Part shown: positions 40,448-53,370 of the stretch, in pieces
How positions within the stretch are numbered: the first letter of the stretch is position 1
Layout: every line of letters begins with the position of its first letter
Assembly (NCBI GenBank): GCA_965235115.1
Contig: OZ249436.1
Coordinates: forward strand, 41,914,001 to 41,978,000
Reading direction: 5' to 3'
DNA: 64,000 nt
Origin: Laetmonice hystrix
Taxonomy: Eukaryota
Made by a program: the position numbers and the translations under genes
The notes under the pieces: generated by a model
Told to the model about the DNA's origin: nothing
Seen by the model: only the letters and a program-made list of their open reading frames with translations
Database searches by the model: none

Positions 40448-42444
40448 GGTTGCTGACCGTGCACCTCCTAGGTACCGACTTTTAACCGTGTGGGAGAGGG
40501 GACAGTTTGCGTGTCAAAGAGATCCTCAGGATCGTTTTTCAGGCCCCTAACTGTGACAATGGTTGGAACTCTATGACGTAGTGTATGGGAGGATCCGGAC
40601 TGTGCACGCGAGTATCTCCTAAATACCCGTAGATGACACCAAGTTCTAAATGCCTGTTCTGAAGGAAAAAAAAACAGAATATACTGTCACTCTAAGTGTT
40701 GATTGGTATTGACTTAGTGAAAACATTTAGAAATTTGCAAATTATATACTTCTGGTAATGTGACTAAAAGGTTTTAAAAAACGTATACTGCCAGCTGGTA
40801 TACTGGATTAGGCGCCTAAAATAAGTCATTGGACATCGGCTGGTGTTGGATTACATACATTCAATGCCATGTAGGGCAGATGCTGTCAAGCACAAAGATA
40901 CGACCGTATACCTTTGGACCCAATACGTTGACAGCTTTGGACAACGTCCGGCTCGGTAAAGTTGGGCCACAGTGAGGTAGTACGCCTACCGAACCTTCTG
41001 GTATAGACTTCTATAGCAAGATAATGCCATTCAACCAAAGGTTGTTAATATATACAACCCCTTCCCCCAGTAAAGGGGTTCCCTGATTCCAAGGCCCTTT
41101 AACGGGGTAGTCACCCTAGTGCATGACCCCGACGTCACGAGTTCCGAACCCGAGGTAGGGGCGGCCTATGGCCCGGGGCGACGCCACGCCCCGGCCAGTA
41201 AAGGAATGGTAGGTAGCCCGAAGAGCGCGGGCCCCTCCCTGACCCGGCCCGAAGCGGGTCTCAAGACGGGGGTTTGCAGCGCGGTGCCCGCCCCGACCTC
41301 CCGGCCCCGGTGGGGGGAGGGCGGTGTCACGGGGTCCCATTACGGACCCTGCGCTCGGCGGCCACCAGACCTGCAGCCGGCGGTGCACGGACTTGGTGCT
41401 CGTCTCGAGACAGCACGGTGCCAGCGCGCCATGTGCGCCACCCACTAATTAGGCCATCAACACGTGACCTACCACCGAATCGCCTTAGCAGCTCTCGCCT
41501 TGTGAATCCGATTCAAATGCTGGATCTTATTTCTATTCTAAAAGAAAATGATATTTTATAGATCCCATTAAGTGACATAAAGGGATAGCTATAAAAGCCG
41601 GCACAAAAACAAGGGGAAAGTTTGTCCGGTTGTTTGTCTGTCGCCTATCGCACCGTGGTTTAAGACCGAACCATGCACCACTACTGTGTCATGGAAACAG
41701 TGGACCTAGAGCCTGGGGAAAATAGGTCCCCGGACATCACGACGTGACATGCCAGTATCGTTTTACGTCAAGTAATTGGCTGTGAAAAACTCTTGAGAAA
41801 GTGTGCACCATGTTTGGTTTTTGTTATGCACACAAAACTCTAAAGAGATAGACTTAATAAATGATCATTCGACCCTACAATTGTAAGGTGATTCACCGGT
41901 GTCTTGGTGCCCTGTCAAAGAGTCAGTGTATTGTATACATGGGCAATACGTTGCCCGCCCTGGTGCCCATTGATAATTGCGTGGAAACCTCCGTGCATGG
42001 TGCATGACGTTGATTTTCTCGGGCGGTTCGCGGGGTGCACGGCCAGACGTCATGCCGGGAATTGGCCTTGCGAGTATCGAGCGAAATTAGGATGACAGTA
42101 CCTCCCCTTTAACCCCGCTCTTCTTTTGCATGTAGCCGAGCAATTTATGATGCAATAAACCTATACGTCATGTAAGTTTGTGTGATTACTCTGATTGCTG
42201 GGACATTATAAGTGACTAGCTGGGCCCAGCATTCATTGGAAACTTCAGGGGGGTGTTCGGGTCCATAAGGGAATGTGTTAACACACGATTGTTACCAAAT
42301 ATCATTGTTATTTTAAAACAGACGTTTGCAAGAACACGCGGCGGTTGTAGCTGTACGATTTTTTTCAGCGACTTTACACGAAGCTGACACACACAGTAAT
42401 CGATGGGGTTTTTGTTTAACCATGGAACTATATCGCTATAGTTC

Positions 42445-42708
42445 CAGTGGCGTATCCACAATTTTTTAAGGGGGGGGGGGTGTTCCGAAGTTTAGGTACT
42501 TCAGAGATGGCCATTAGGCCATGCTCCTCTAGGAAATTTAACAAAAAGACATCAAATAATGCAATCTTGGGACATCTTGTGTGGAAATATGAAGGTTTGG
42601 TTAAAATAATGCATTTTACACCCCCTTTTTTACCAAAATGTCCTTAACATAGTAATTCTTTTTAAGGGGGGCGGGATACTTGGAAACCTCGCTGGATATA
42701 CGCCACTG
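42445..42708. mobile_element. hAT-like MITE with 5-bp TSD
   Basis: CAGTGGCGTAT...ATACGCCACTG termini; AGTTC duplicated at 42440-42444 and 42709-42713. Confidence 0.85.
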
Positions 42709-43297
42709 AGTTCCATGGTTTAACATTATCACCCAAATCTTTTCAACTACAGGTTGGTAATACATGAATTCATAAAAATGGTGTCGGCTTCGGAAACGTC
42801 TCTTCTGAAAACAATTCTCTTGGTCTCTCGATGGATCCATGTCCATCACCATCTCTCCTGTTGACGTCAAGCTTTACTTTATAAGTGGCTCTGTGGATCC
42901 GTCGATCTATTATTTTTGTACTATTTTCAATGGACCACCGAAACAAGTTATGCACCAACTAGCATGTATGGTGTAGACTGTAGAGTATTACTGAACTGAC
43001 TAGCCATTATTCTGTGTCTGCTTTCTCTCATAGTCATGATCATGTCGTGTTTGCGATTTCTGATTTTCTGGTGGAATTTCACTCTGAAATTGTTCCTGGC
43101 TTGCCTTCCATCCATGGGTTCCATCCTTTAATCTCAAAATTACAGTAAAATAAAAGGGTGATGTCAAAATCGCATGGACGACGCAAGGAAAATCGCCTTA
43201 GTGGACATTTATGTAGAAAACTATACAGTGGGTCTCATCACAATTACAATGTTCCAAATCTAATTTTCTCGCCGTTTCGGTCAGGTGCCCAGCATGG

Positions 43298-43600
43298 TGG
43301 CTGTTTGGGTCCACACCTGATGGCTGTTTGGGTCCACACCTGATGGCTGTTTGGGTCCACACCTGATGGCTGTTTGGGTCCACACCTGATGGCTGTTTGG
43401 GTCCACACCTGATGGCTGTTTGGGTCCACACCTGATGGCTGTTTGGGTCCACACCTGATGGCTGTTTGGGTCCACACCTGATGGCTGTTTGGGTCCACAC
43501 CTGATGGCTGTTTGGGTCCACACCTGATGGCTGTTTGGGTCCACACCTGATGGCTGTTTGGGTCCACACCTGATGGCTGTTTGGGTCCACACCTGATGGC
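43298..43600. repeat. Near-perfect 23-bp tandem repeat, about 13 copies
   Basis: atggctgtttgggtccacacctg. Confidence 0.97.
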
Positions 43601-46343
43601 CATGAAGGATCCTTTCACTGTGACGTAACATTACTTGTAAACTCCCACATGAGCCTGGCTGCACGTCGGGACTGTCAACCGTGACCGAGTGTCGGACCTA
43701 CAGTTTGCATGTATAGCTAGCTGTCCGACATCAGGTCCTCGCCTTGGGGCAGATGTGACCCATTCTGTCCGGACGTTGGGCTCCTTACTGGTCGCATGGC
43801 TGCGGGCACTGGAGCCGTCTTTGATGACGTAGGCCCGTACATACATTTACCGTTGACTTGGGATACCCTGAAGGCTGCCCTTCTGTCTACTCTACGGAGA
43901 CACTGGCCAGTGACTCGTCCTGTATATATACCAGTAAAGCTCACGAATTAATTGAAAGCATTCTGATGTCGTTTTTTCCATTGCGATGACCCTGAAATGA
44001 TATTATTAAGGGCCCACCTGATTATAGTTTTGGGAGGGTGTCGGCTGGGTCACCACCTCCTAAAGTGACGACCCTGGATTTACTGTAACAGTGCCGCGTG
44101 AAAGATCCTATTGATTGGTGCGACACGGTATCAATTGCCCAGGGGTACAATACGGGCCAGCAGGTGGACGCATCACGTTTCTTGCTAAACACGACCATTA
44201 CTCAATGCGGAGAACAGCCAAGCATGCTAAACCGGCTCGAAGCCATTTTAATCATGCATACGTGATTATGAAACGTTTCTCACACGAGCAGGCTCAGCCG
44301 TGGCCCCACCCCCACGCACCCCAGCTCCACACACTCCACCACCAGCCACCACCACCACCAACAAAACCCTGTGGCCATGGTGATGGGTTCAGGGCCCTTA
44401 ATGTGTGCATCTAACCTACTTAGTGACGTTTTTGCCTGTTTTGTCAAATTTGCTCGGCGTGTCTGTGGAACCTATTGGAAGAAGGGAGAATGTCTGAGCT
44501 GCGGTTTTGTCGACCCACAGGTCAGAATCTCTGTCTGTCGTGGGTGGATGGTTTGATGCTGGAGGCATGGGCTGTCTTTCGAACGGGAAAAGACCCCCTC
44601 CCCCGCCCACCACCGAACACGTGGTCAGCATGCAATTAAAATAATAACGGTGCATGGGTGGTGGTGGTGGTGGTGGGTGGGACCACTATAGAATGTTCAC
44701 TCAATGCTCTATGGTCAGACACGACGAACACTGTGCATCCTGTAGCTTACTTTTTGTAAGCTCAAGGCCTTCCGTTTGTACCAGCGGCAACACCACGGAT
44801 TATAATCGACCTATAAAACACGTAAATCCTATCATTGTGTCTGACAGTGAGAAATTACATCTCTCAGAGTCAGAGAAGAAAACACACAGACTGCACTGCA
44901 TGCTCTGATAAACAATTGGGGTTGGGTATATATTATTTGCGATATTTTGATACAACAAAAATAAAAATAAAAAAGTGGTGCCCGTGTCCCTCACATCTCT
45001 GCCTGAAGGCCTGATTTCCGTTATTATTACCCATGGAAGGCTCACTTGAGGAAAGTTAGAATCAGGGCAGTGCTCGTGCAAGTGTGAAATTCACAGCAAG
45101 GACCACGGGGCGTCTTGGGGGGGGGGGGGGCTGAAGGGGACGGGTCGCTTAGTGTGGACCGGCAAACAGATACGGGAGGATTGGGGACGGATAGGGGCTG
45201 GAGGACTGCCGGACTGGACGACTGGCTATATACGACTGCTGCTGGTCGGACCGACCGACTATACAGACCACGCGCCGGGGCCAGGCCTGGCCGCTACAGA
45301 TCGGGTTTCTGGCAGGTCAGCCACTGGAGCCCTGGGGTTTGGCTAGGCGTATATCACATCCTGGATGCTGACTTATGGGTCGCCAGGCCCGGCCGAGTCC
45401 AGGCGAGTATAGATGGGTAGGTCTGGTCTCTTTGACTATGATTATGTGTGAAGAGACGAGTTGTAAATGCTCCAAGTCTGAGATTGATGATGACATTCAA
45501 ACAAGGAGGCCTCATTGGTGGGTCGTTAGTAAACGCCTTTTGAGTGTTACAGGCCGCAAAGTATAGGTCTAATACAAGAACTGGACATTGACAATAATAA
45601 TACATGTGTATCTGATTGCTAGATCGCTCGGTATGGCCCACCTTCAACAGGGCCTCATACTGGCCTCTCCATACATGTACAAACCTATAAATGTTCCACA
45701 TGGCATTTTCTGTCATCATAAAGGGATTAATTTGTGATCGATTTATCAGTCTACACACCCTTTGAGAAGCTCATTGACTTCTAATTCTCATTCATCACCA
45801 TTCAATATAAGTTTTTATTTGTTTTCTCTTCTCAGCCGGCGAGAATAAAATTCCAATCAATATGTAGATTACAGATCAGGTTATATTTAACACGGATACG
45901 ACTTGAAAAGATGAATATGAAAATAACACCCTGTAGACGTACAGATCATTAAAATAGAAATGCATGTTTTATTTATAGAAGCACTCTGGCTATAATAAAG
46001 TTTTCTATATCTGAAGGCCAAACCTCATCAATGAGAAATGATGTAGCCAATCCGGACGATGTTTCGAACAGTTTTGTAACCGTCTCTGGTTTTGTTAAAC
46101 AAACGTATCCATGTGAGATTTTCAGTGAAAAATGTCTTTAAACCCACTCTCATCAAATAAATTAATCTTTTTGTTCAAGGCCTCTGTCCTGTGCAGGTGT
46201 TTTTCAAGCGGAACAACCCTAGAGTCTGCCCTAGAGATCGTGCACGCGTTTCACGCGGCCTTGTAAACACCACATGGAGTGTATAAATAGTGAGAAAGCG
46301 GTCACCATGCCAACTAGAGTGAAATAGCAGCAAGTAAACTTAC

Positions 46344-46530
46344 CACCCTTGCAGGGATCCTCGGGATCAGCAGCCGTGTAGCGTGGTGGCCGGACGGTTG
46401 CCTCCTGTGGGCCGGAGACGGCGGTGGGGTTCTGGGCGGCCTCCACCCCGGCGGCGGGGCCTGCCTCCGTCACCCCGACCACGCTGCCCGTCATCAGCAG
46501 CATCCCGACCAGAACCAGCAGCAACGACAT
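46344..46530 (-). CDS. BMP1/TLL: Tolloid exon 1: signal peptide and prodomain start (upstream in-frame ATGs at 46980 and 47004 also possible)
   Basis: MSLLLVLVGMLLMTGSVVG hydrophobic signal ... DPEDPCKG, then GTAAGT donor (phase 1). Joins exon 2 to give the conserved DPCKxAAFxGDIAL motif. Confidence 0.85.
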
Positions 46531-47792
46531 GCTGCCGGACGAGTGGCGCCCGTGGCCGCTGCTGCTCTGTCGACTACCTCCACCACCTCGAGATCCAGGT
46601 GCCTCCACCACCTCCACCACCTCGTCCTCCAGCCGTCTTGGTAGTAGAAGTAGTGTCCGGTCTACGTAAGTACGGCTCGTCTGGGTTGCACTGTCAGTCT
46701 GGTGGTGGTAGTGGCGCTGGTCGCAATCGGAGCGAGGAGCCCCTCTCGTGTTGCCATTGGCGTGTTGGCTGGTCGAGTGCAGCGGGCGTGGTGTCGTACG
46801 GCGGCTAGGGTAGCCGCTGGGGTGGGGGCTTGGGGCCCACATCACTCGACACCCTACACCCCGGCAGCAGCGGCAGCGGCGGCGCTCGGGCCCTCCTCCA
46901 CCGAGTCTGTCTCCACCGTCACCAACACAGCGCCACCCCGCCAACTCAACCGTACGCCGTGCCCCTTCCAGTCGCTCCATTCTCGCACTTCCAGTCGTAT
47001 GCATTGCGCCCCCAGAAATGACCGGGAGAGTTTTACCAATTGTTCGAATCGCACTCCTCAATATTCATCCGAGATGGACCAATGAGCGGTAGGCAACAGC
47101 TGAGCTTTATCGGATAGCTCGATTGTGCCACCCAAAGGACCAGGTCCAGATTGACTCCCACTGTTAGATTGTATCATAGTGTTCCTATCAGAACACCGAC
47201 CAACAGGTAGGCCTACTTCAATGGAGGACAAACCCGGCCCCCACGAGGTCAAAAATGACGTGCCACAACATGAGGCAGTGCAGTGACACCCACCTTGAAA
47301 TCCGACCCGTCACCGTGCACTCCTATATACCCCACACACCACAACCGTATTATGCGTTCACCCATCGGTACATTTACACTGCGGTCCTACAGGCAGGACC
47401 TCGACTCACTACCCCAACGATGAAGTTTCGCAGGCATCCTACGTCTTCCTCCTTTCCCCCCCTCAGAATACATCTTCCATGAAGCCGTAAAAAACCAGCG
47501 AGTGCCGGACTCCAGCGAGTGGTGAAAACTGAACATAACGCATCCAACCAAGTTCTGTCATTGAGATCCCACACGGGCGCGTTTCGTATCCAAGCGGCTA
47601 CTTGGTTATCTTTTGGTTGCCAGTCTGCCAAGCTTTTCCTCCTCAGGGATCTGTTATGGGTATGGCTCTGTATGCATGTGTTTCCAATACCCTTCCTTTC
47701 TCGTTCTTCCTATTTTTTTTACAATGTACATCCTAAAGAAGTAAACTAAAGAATTCCCCAGTTTGTTCCAACAAGTGCTATTATCGTGAAAA

Positions 47793-48092
47793 CCGTAGCC
47801 GGGTGGGTGGGTGCATGGGTGGGGGCGTGCCCCACCCAAAATCTGGCAAGGTCCAAAAGGTGCAACTTTCCCAAAATTTTAGACTGCACTTTTGGTCCTG
47901 AAAATGATCTTAGACACGATGTTAGCCAATATCTATGCAGTTTTGGTTCTTAACCTTATTTTATGGCTTTCCTTTAATCCTTTGTTGAAAAAGGTCCAAA
48001 TTAGAACCCAACATTATTATTATGGGTTGGCTAAAAAACGTCCAAAATTTGAAAATAATTATGCCCCACCAAACATTATGGTGTGGCTACGG
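47793..48092. mobile_element. Degraded MITE upstream of Tolloid
   Basis: ccgtagcc...ggctacgg inverted ends with internal aaggtccaaa repeats. Confidence 0.45.
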
Positions 48093-48988
48093 GGCCGACT
48101 ACCGTACTACATCGTGAATGAAGATGTTCCTGACTACAGCTATAATTCCGCCCGTAATTTTTCTTCCACGATCATGTTTCAAACGTGGGACAAACTAGTG
48201 GGATTGTTTTCATCTCTAACAAAACAAACTGCGTGACTGGAATAGACTTTATGTATGCTAGAACTTGACGTGTAACCTTCAGACACTTAGCCCCCCTGAT
48301 AATGTGCTAACACATAGAAACAATGTGTTACCGTGTCAAGATAATCCTCTTATCTATTGTGGTTCACCGCAAACTTTGAGCAGAGAGCTAGTCAATGATA
48401 GCTACCCCCCTCCCCCTAGTGGATGGGATCGAGCCCCCCCCCTTCCATAATACAGAAAAACTTTCAGAAAGCCGTTGTTTACACGTTCAGTAAATGACCA
48501 GACACCTCTGAATCACTGGTTTGTACAGAAAGAATAATGCGGAAAGGGTTTGCAAGTTCAGGGGTCAATAGACGAAGCAGCTTCCAATTTTCACCTACAT
48601 GTCCGTCGTATATAACCATTGGGAATTTGATTCACTGCCAGCCAGTTTTCGAGTGCACGTTAAATATGACCTGTCACAAGTCACGGATTATAACATCTAT
48701 TGTTCCACATCACGACTTATCTTAAAGATAATCTAAGTCCAACTAAACGCGTGATAGTGTGAACGATGTCATTATCTGATTGATCCACGTGAGCAGTAAC
48801 ACGGCGGGTTTGGAGTGACATACGTCAATCTAACACTTTCATCCATGAGGGATTTAGTGTAACTCGACGCTTTATTTCGATCTTCAAGCAGGAAAGAAAC
48901 TTGACAGAAATATGAACTTCCTTGTGACGTTATCCTGACAACCCGATCATTCCTTTAGTATCTGAATGCAAAATCAGTACAAGTACAG

Positions 48989-49625
48989 CAAGTACAAGTT
49001 CCATCCCGCCACATCTTCCAGGCTCCCAAAATAGCAGGAAATAGTGTAAGAACCTGAGCCCCTAATTTGTTCAACTGGAAATTTATATGAAATGCAAATA
49101 CACGGGTACACGGCAGGTACAGCACCTAGAAAAATGACAGCAAATCGAGTTGTTTTACTTTGCGATTTTTAATTTATATAAAACACTCCAGTTTCTGGTG
49201 TTCTAAGTCGGAATTTCCAGATCAGTTTGGAAAACCCGATTTGTCTCTTTTGGTCTCTGGACTCTTCCATTGACGATTGTTACTTTATCACAGCTGTTAC
49301 ACTGGCCCGGATGGATTAAACAGTACTGGGACGTTTTAATAAAACCAGGGCCACCTCGCAAAAACTTCAGCCTGTAAAGCTCTATGGAAGTGCGAAGACC
49401 GCGTTATATTGGCGGGGAGCGGTGAAAATCCGACCGCAGAGCCGTCTGGTGGTAACGAGTAGAAGCGTTTATGTTTCCGCCCAGAGGTGGCGCTCGTGTA
49501 CCTGTCCGTCCATAGGTGGCGCTCCTGTAAAAATCAGCGCTGCCCGTAAAACAAGTACAAGTTCCATCCCGCCACATCTTCCGGGCTCTCAAAATAGAGG
49601 GAAATATTAAGAACCTGAGCCCCTA
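48989..49625. repeat. About 75-bp direct repeat pair (near 48989-49065 and 49552-49625)
   Basis: caagtacaagttccatcccgccacatcttcc...aagaacctgagccccta present twice. Confidence 0.85.
49485..49524 (+). promoter_or_regulatory. Two CTCF-like core motifs (AGGTGGCGCTC)
   Basis: Identical 11-mers at 49485 and 49514 matching the AG[GA][TG]GGCGC CTCF core; intergenic position. Confidence 0.35.
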
Positions 49626-49730
49626 GTAATGAAACATTCAGCGCCTCTACAAAAATGACTGGAGGATATGCTTTTTGTAAAAGAAACGCTAGAATACATG
49701 GTTTTCTATTCATACAAGAAATCTTGTATA

Positions 49731-49736
49731 TTTATT
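49731..49736 (-). terminator. Candidate TM9SF3 poly(A) signal AATAAA
   Basis: First AATAAA I found on the minus strand downstream of the stop; TGTA motifs upstream and a U-rich tract downstream. ATTAAA variants occur closer to the stop. Confidence 0.3.
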
Positions 49737-50296
49737 GCCTCAATCATATTTACCATGCATGCTGTCCACCAAAAGTACATAAACTTGGATCACCCCACGC
49801 GATTCGGCATAGTTTCTACATATTATCTTAATGTACATTGCACTGCTACGTACATTCATGCCTTGACATTTCAGACACTTTCCTGTACACTTGGGAGATA
49901 AGATGACACCTGACAACACGGGTATGACACTGCCTCACACACACAACCTCTTCGTCATCCGCCACTCTCTCCACGTTCTAACAAATATAGTCCGTGGTGC
50001 ACTATGACGAGACTATACAAGACGCTATGGTAATTGGAAAACAGAATTTACACTCAGAAGCAATATTTTGTCAGTAAACGCGGGTGGTCCCTAACTCGTC
50101 TTTCTCTTAGTAATGTATTATTAAAAACGCCCAACATCTCTTACCAAGACAGCTAATCACAAAAAAAAACAAACCCGAAGAGTACCTCAATAAAATGTGG
50201 TTGTTCGACCACCCGCCTTAAGAACACACTTGATACCAATCATGTGACCTTTTCCACGCATCCACGATATGCGGTAAATTCTTCCAGGAGGATCTG

Positions 50297-50561
50297 GGCC
50301 CGGTTTTTTGGTTTACTTTTCCACCGTGAGCAAGCGTGAGCTGAGCTGAGCAAGGGTGAGCAGAACCTCATGCTCACCGTTTTGCTCACTGTTTTCGGGG
50401 TTTTTTTTGTGTTTTTCCGCGAGCTTGCTTGCCATGAGCACGCTTCATGAAAAAAAAACAACCAAAAAAGCACGAAAACGGTGAGAATGAGCTCATGCTC
50501 ACCCTTGCTCAGCTCAGCTCACCCTTGCTCACGGTGAAAAAGTAAACAAAAAAACCGGGGC
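50297..50561. mobile_element. Harbinger/PIF-like MITE, intact copy
   Basis: Long TIRs (ggcccggttttttggtttacttttccaccgtgagcaagcgtgagctgagctgagcaagggtgagca); flanks CTG/CAG; homologous, in opposite orientation, to the copy at 59511. Confidence 0.9.
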
Positions 50562-53302
50562 CAGGTATACCCTGGCCCGTCCTTCAACACCTCCGCAATA
50601 CGGCCAACCGATTTCTGTTTGTAGCGCTCACCAGTGACGAGTTGAGCAGTAATGATATGCACCTTCCTTTCACACCAAAACGGTTCCGTTTCCCTCAGGT
50701 CGGAGAAAAATGAGAAATGAGAAAGTTTTTACCGGCTGATGCCAACTGATCCATAAACAAATTGTGTGCACGAGCATTGTATGGCAACAGACTTCACACT
50801 CGCACTCACATACACACATTAACACCAATGACGCCCAGCTAATCCATTTCTGTTGTCAAGGATACGCTGACTTTTAAGTCATTATTTCATAAATATATTA
50901 CATGTTTAATACCGTGTTGTTCCCACCACAAGTGACTTGGATGCGTCAAGCTGCAGCGTGCATGTCTTACGGGGGACTGCCCAGCAGTATCCAGTATATA
51001 CTATTGGCATTCGTACACCTCTACTACACAAACACCGAGTCCATGATGCTTTATGGTTTGGGAGCTTTTCTCTTCGCAGCCCGCCTCAATATCTACACAA
51101 TCCAACTCAAATCTGGCGCAGACATCGGGAGTTGAAGACTGACTACAACTCTTTATGTCTTCATGCATTCCAAATTAATCCTTACTTAGTTGCCCCAATT
51201 TATGAAGACAGCGCAATTATAATACAAAGCCAAAGTATCATAACCATCCCATTCACATCCATTTCCAAGAGGACTGGAGGGACTCGAAAACTATGATGAT
51301 CCGATATTATAATACACCTATATCAACGAGCACTCCTTCAAGCATTACTCCACACGACTTTGACGAACACGTGGTATGTCGATTGATATATTTTAGAAGG
51401 GCATGAGGACAGGGCGCCGATCCCTTATATACGTTCCCCCCCAGGAAGGCAAGTGCGACCGATTCCCACTTGCTAAGACAGAGAAAGTCTGAGCTTCCTA
51501 CTGGCACACTTCTAGTTGTCCAGATACTACTGCGGTACAGATGGCTAGAAACACGAGTGGGACACAAGAGTCTTCCAGGCGCTTTGTACTCTCCCTTCAT
51601 GGAATGCCACTCGCTATTATCGTATATCACTCAACCTTGATCCAAACCGTCAGCGTTTGCCAACAATGATAAGTTCTCAAACATTTGTACAGTAACAGGT
51701 ACGGCCTGGTAACCTTTCTTTATCAGCTCAATCCTTATTAACAATGTACAAAAATAACATTTTCCCCGTTTTTAGTACTTTAAGTCACGTGTTTAAGCCA
51801 AGAACGTGTTGGGACACTCAACAGTGAACTGAAGTTATGGAATGTAGGCAGGGTAAACTATGCTCTTAACAACTTTAACAGCCGTTTCTACAAGTCATCA
51901 TACTGCGGAGTCGGACTGCGAACTTTGCTAGAAACCTATCAATTAAGGCAGTAATTAAGCCATTGTTTTACTAATAGTGTATTTACCTTTAATTTCTTCC
52001 CTCCAGCTAACCTATTTAAAGTAAAAGCCCAATACAATTTGTTGTACATCGGTACAGAACCGAGGCGTCACCTCGTGCCATTTGGTGTCCACTTTTATGA
52101 AATGCCTCATCATTCTGGAAGACCTCCCAACAATACCAGTATATGTCCACAGTCTCAAATCTAACCCCTCATTTGCATGACACTACATAGTTTGCATGCA
52201 ATGTACTTCCACTAAAGGCAAAGTTCAGACGGTACGTTGAGTCCCGGAGGAGGGGGGGGGGGGTAAGTTGTCTATTATGAAGAGTATACGATACATTATG
52301 GAACCTGAAGCACTCCAACAAAACACCTCTTCTAAGGAAAATGAAACAAGCCTGGACTTTTTTACAAAATCTTCCATGCGTTCACACAACATTCACTGTT
52401 TGATTCCTTACAGGTCTGCATTTATATCATACATATATATATTTGCACTATGTAGCGGCTGTCCATAGCTTCTTGTTCTTCCTAACCTGTTCTCTCTGAT
52501 ATATTAACAAAGTGTGCCACTCACGGACAGTCACTGTATATAAATGAGAATATGTACACCTCCCACTCCACTAATCCACAGGTCTTACAATATAATATGT
52601 ATTATAATGCAAGTGTTAATAACCTACTTTCCATAAGTACTCATGCCCCGTGAATGAGTCATTGAAATCACATCAGTCTGCGCTTGGCATTCACCTGGCA
52701 TGCAGTACGTCCATCTCCCACGAATAATGATTATTACCTTCTAACTCATAACCCCAGAAACTGTTGGAAATACATGGAACTTCCCACAGAATATTAACAA
52801 AACAATAGCGAGTGATCTCGCCTATCCCCTGGCCCCTGAAGGGCCTCATAACTTACAGTATATAAAATTATGGTACTCGAGTCCGAGGGTCACCCCTGCT
52901 CGGCTACACGACAGATGACAGCAGAAGTTATATCACCCTTCTCAACATCACCGTCTGTACACATCGCTTTCTTTAGAAACCAAACAAGGTACAGACTGGC
53001 TCTCCGATATATCCCGCAAGTCTCTTCTACCAGTTTTGGTTCAATATGCATGCCGATGATTTTATTTCTCAATGGTGTAAAGACCCTGCTGGAACAGCGG
53101 GTCTTACGTCTCCTATCACGCAGCATGTTTTTAAATTTACATTTCTAAATTTCATTTTTTTAACTATCAAGAGCAAATCGCTTCCTCTCCGAATCTTTTA
53201 AAGCCACAGAGAACAGTAGGCCCTAGCTGTGGCCTCAACGAGGCCTTCACAGCTTTTGGCTTTAAAAAAGTGGATGCTCTATGCAACACCATAATCAGTC
53301 AT

Positions 53303-53370
53303 TTAATCAATTTTCACAGTTGAGTAGATCTTGCGCACAAAGAAGCTAGTACCAACGTATCCCATCGTTC
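53303..53370 (-). CDS. TM9SF3: TM9SF3 last coding exon
   Basis: GTMGYVGTSFFVRKIYSTVKID followed by TAA. Confidence 0.96.

Larger units (their letters stand above)
1942..47004 (-). other. BMP1/TLL: Gene span: BMP1/Tolloid-like astacin metalloprotease (12 exons in window, 3' end off-window)
   Basis: Exons join in frame: 2085 nt (695 codons) from ATG 46530 to 1942. Domain order is signal, prodomain, astacin ([18 protein letters not shown]), CUB, CUB, EGF, CUB. Confidence 0.97.

Noticed and set aside
39826..40464. Repetitive ORFs of up to 176 aa (likewise at 43198-43664)
   Set aside because: These are translations of tandem repeats whose period is not a multiple of 3.
47321..47330. TATATA on the minus strand as the Tolloid TATA box
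   Set aside because: A single weak motif with no well-spaced initiator; it cannot be supported without transcription-start data.
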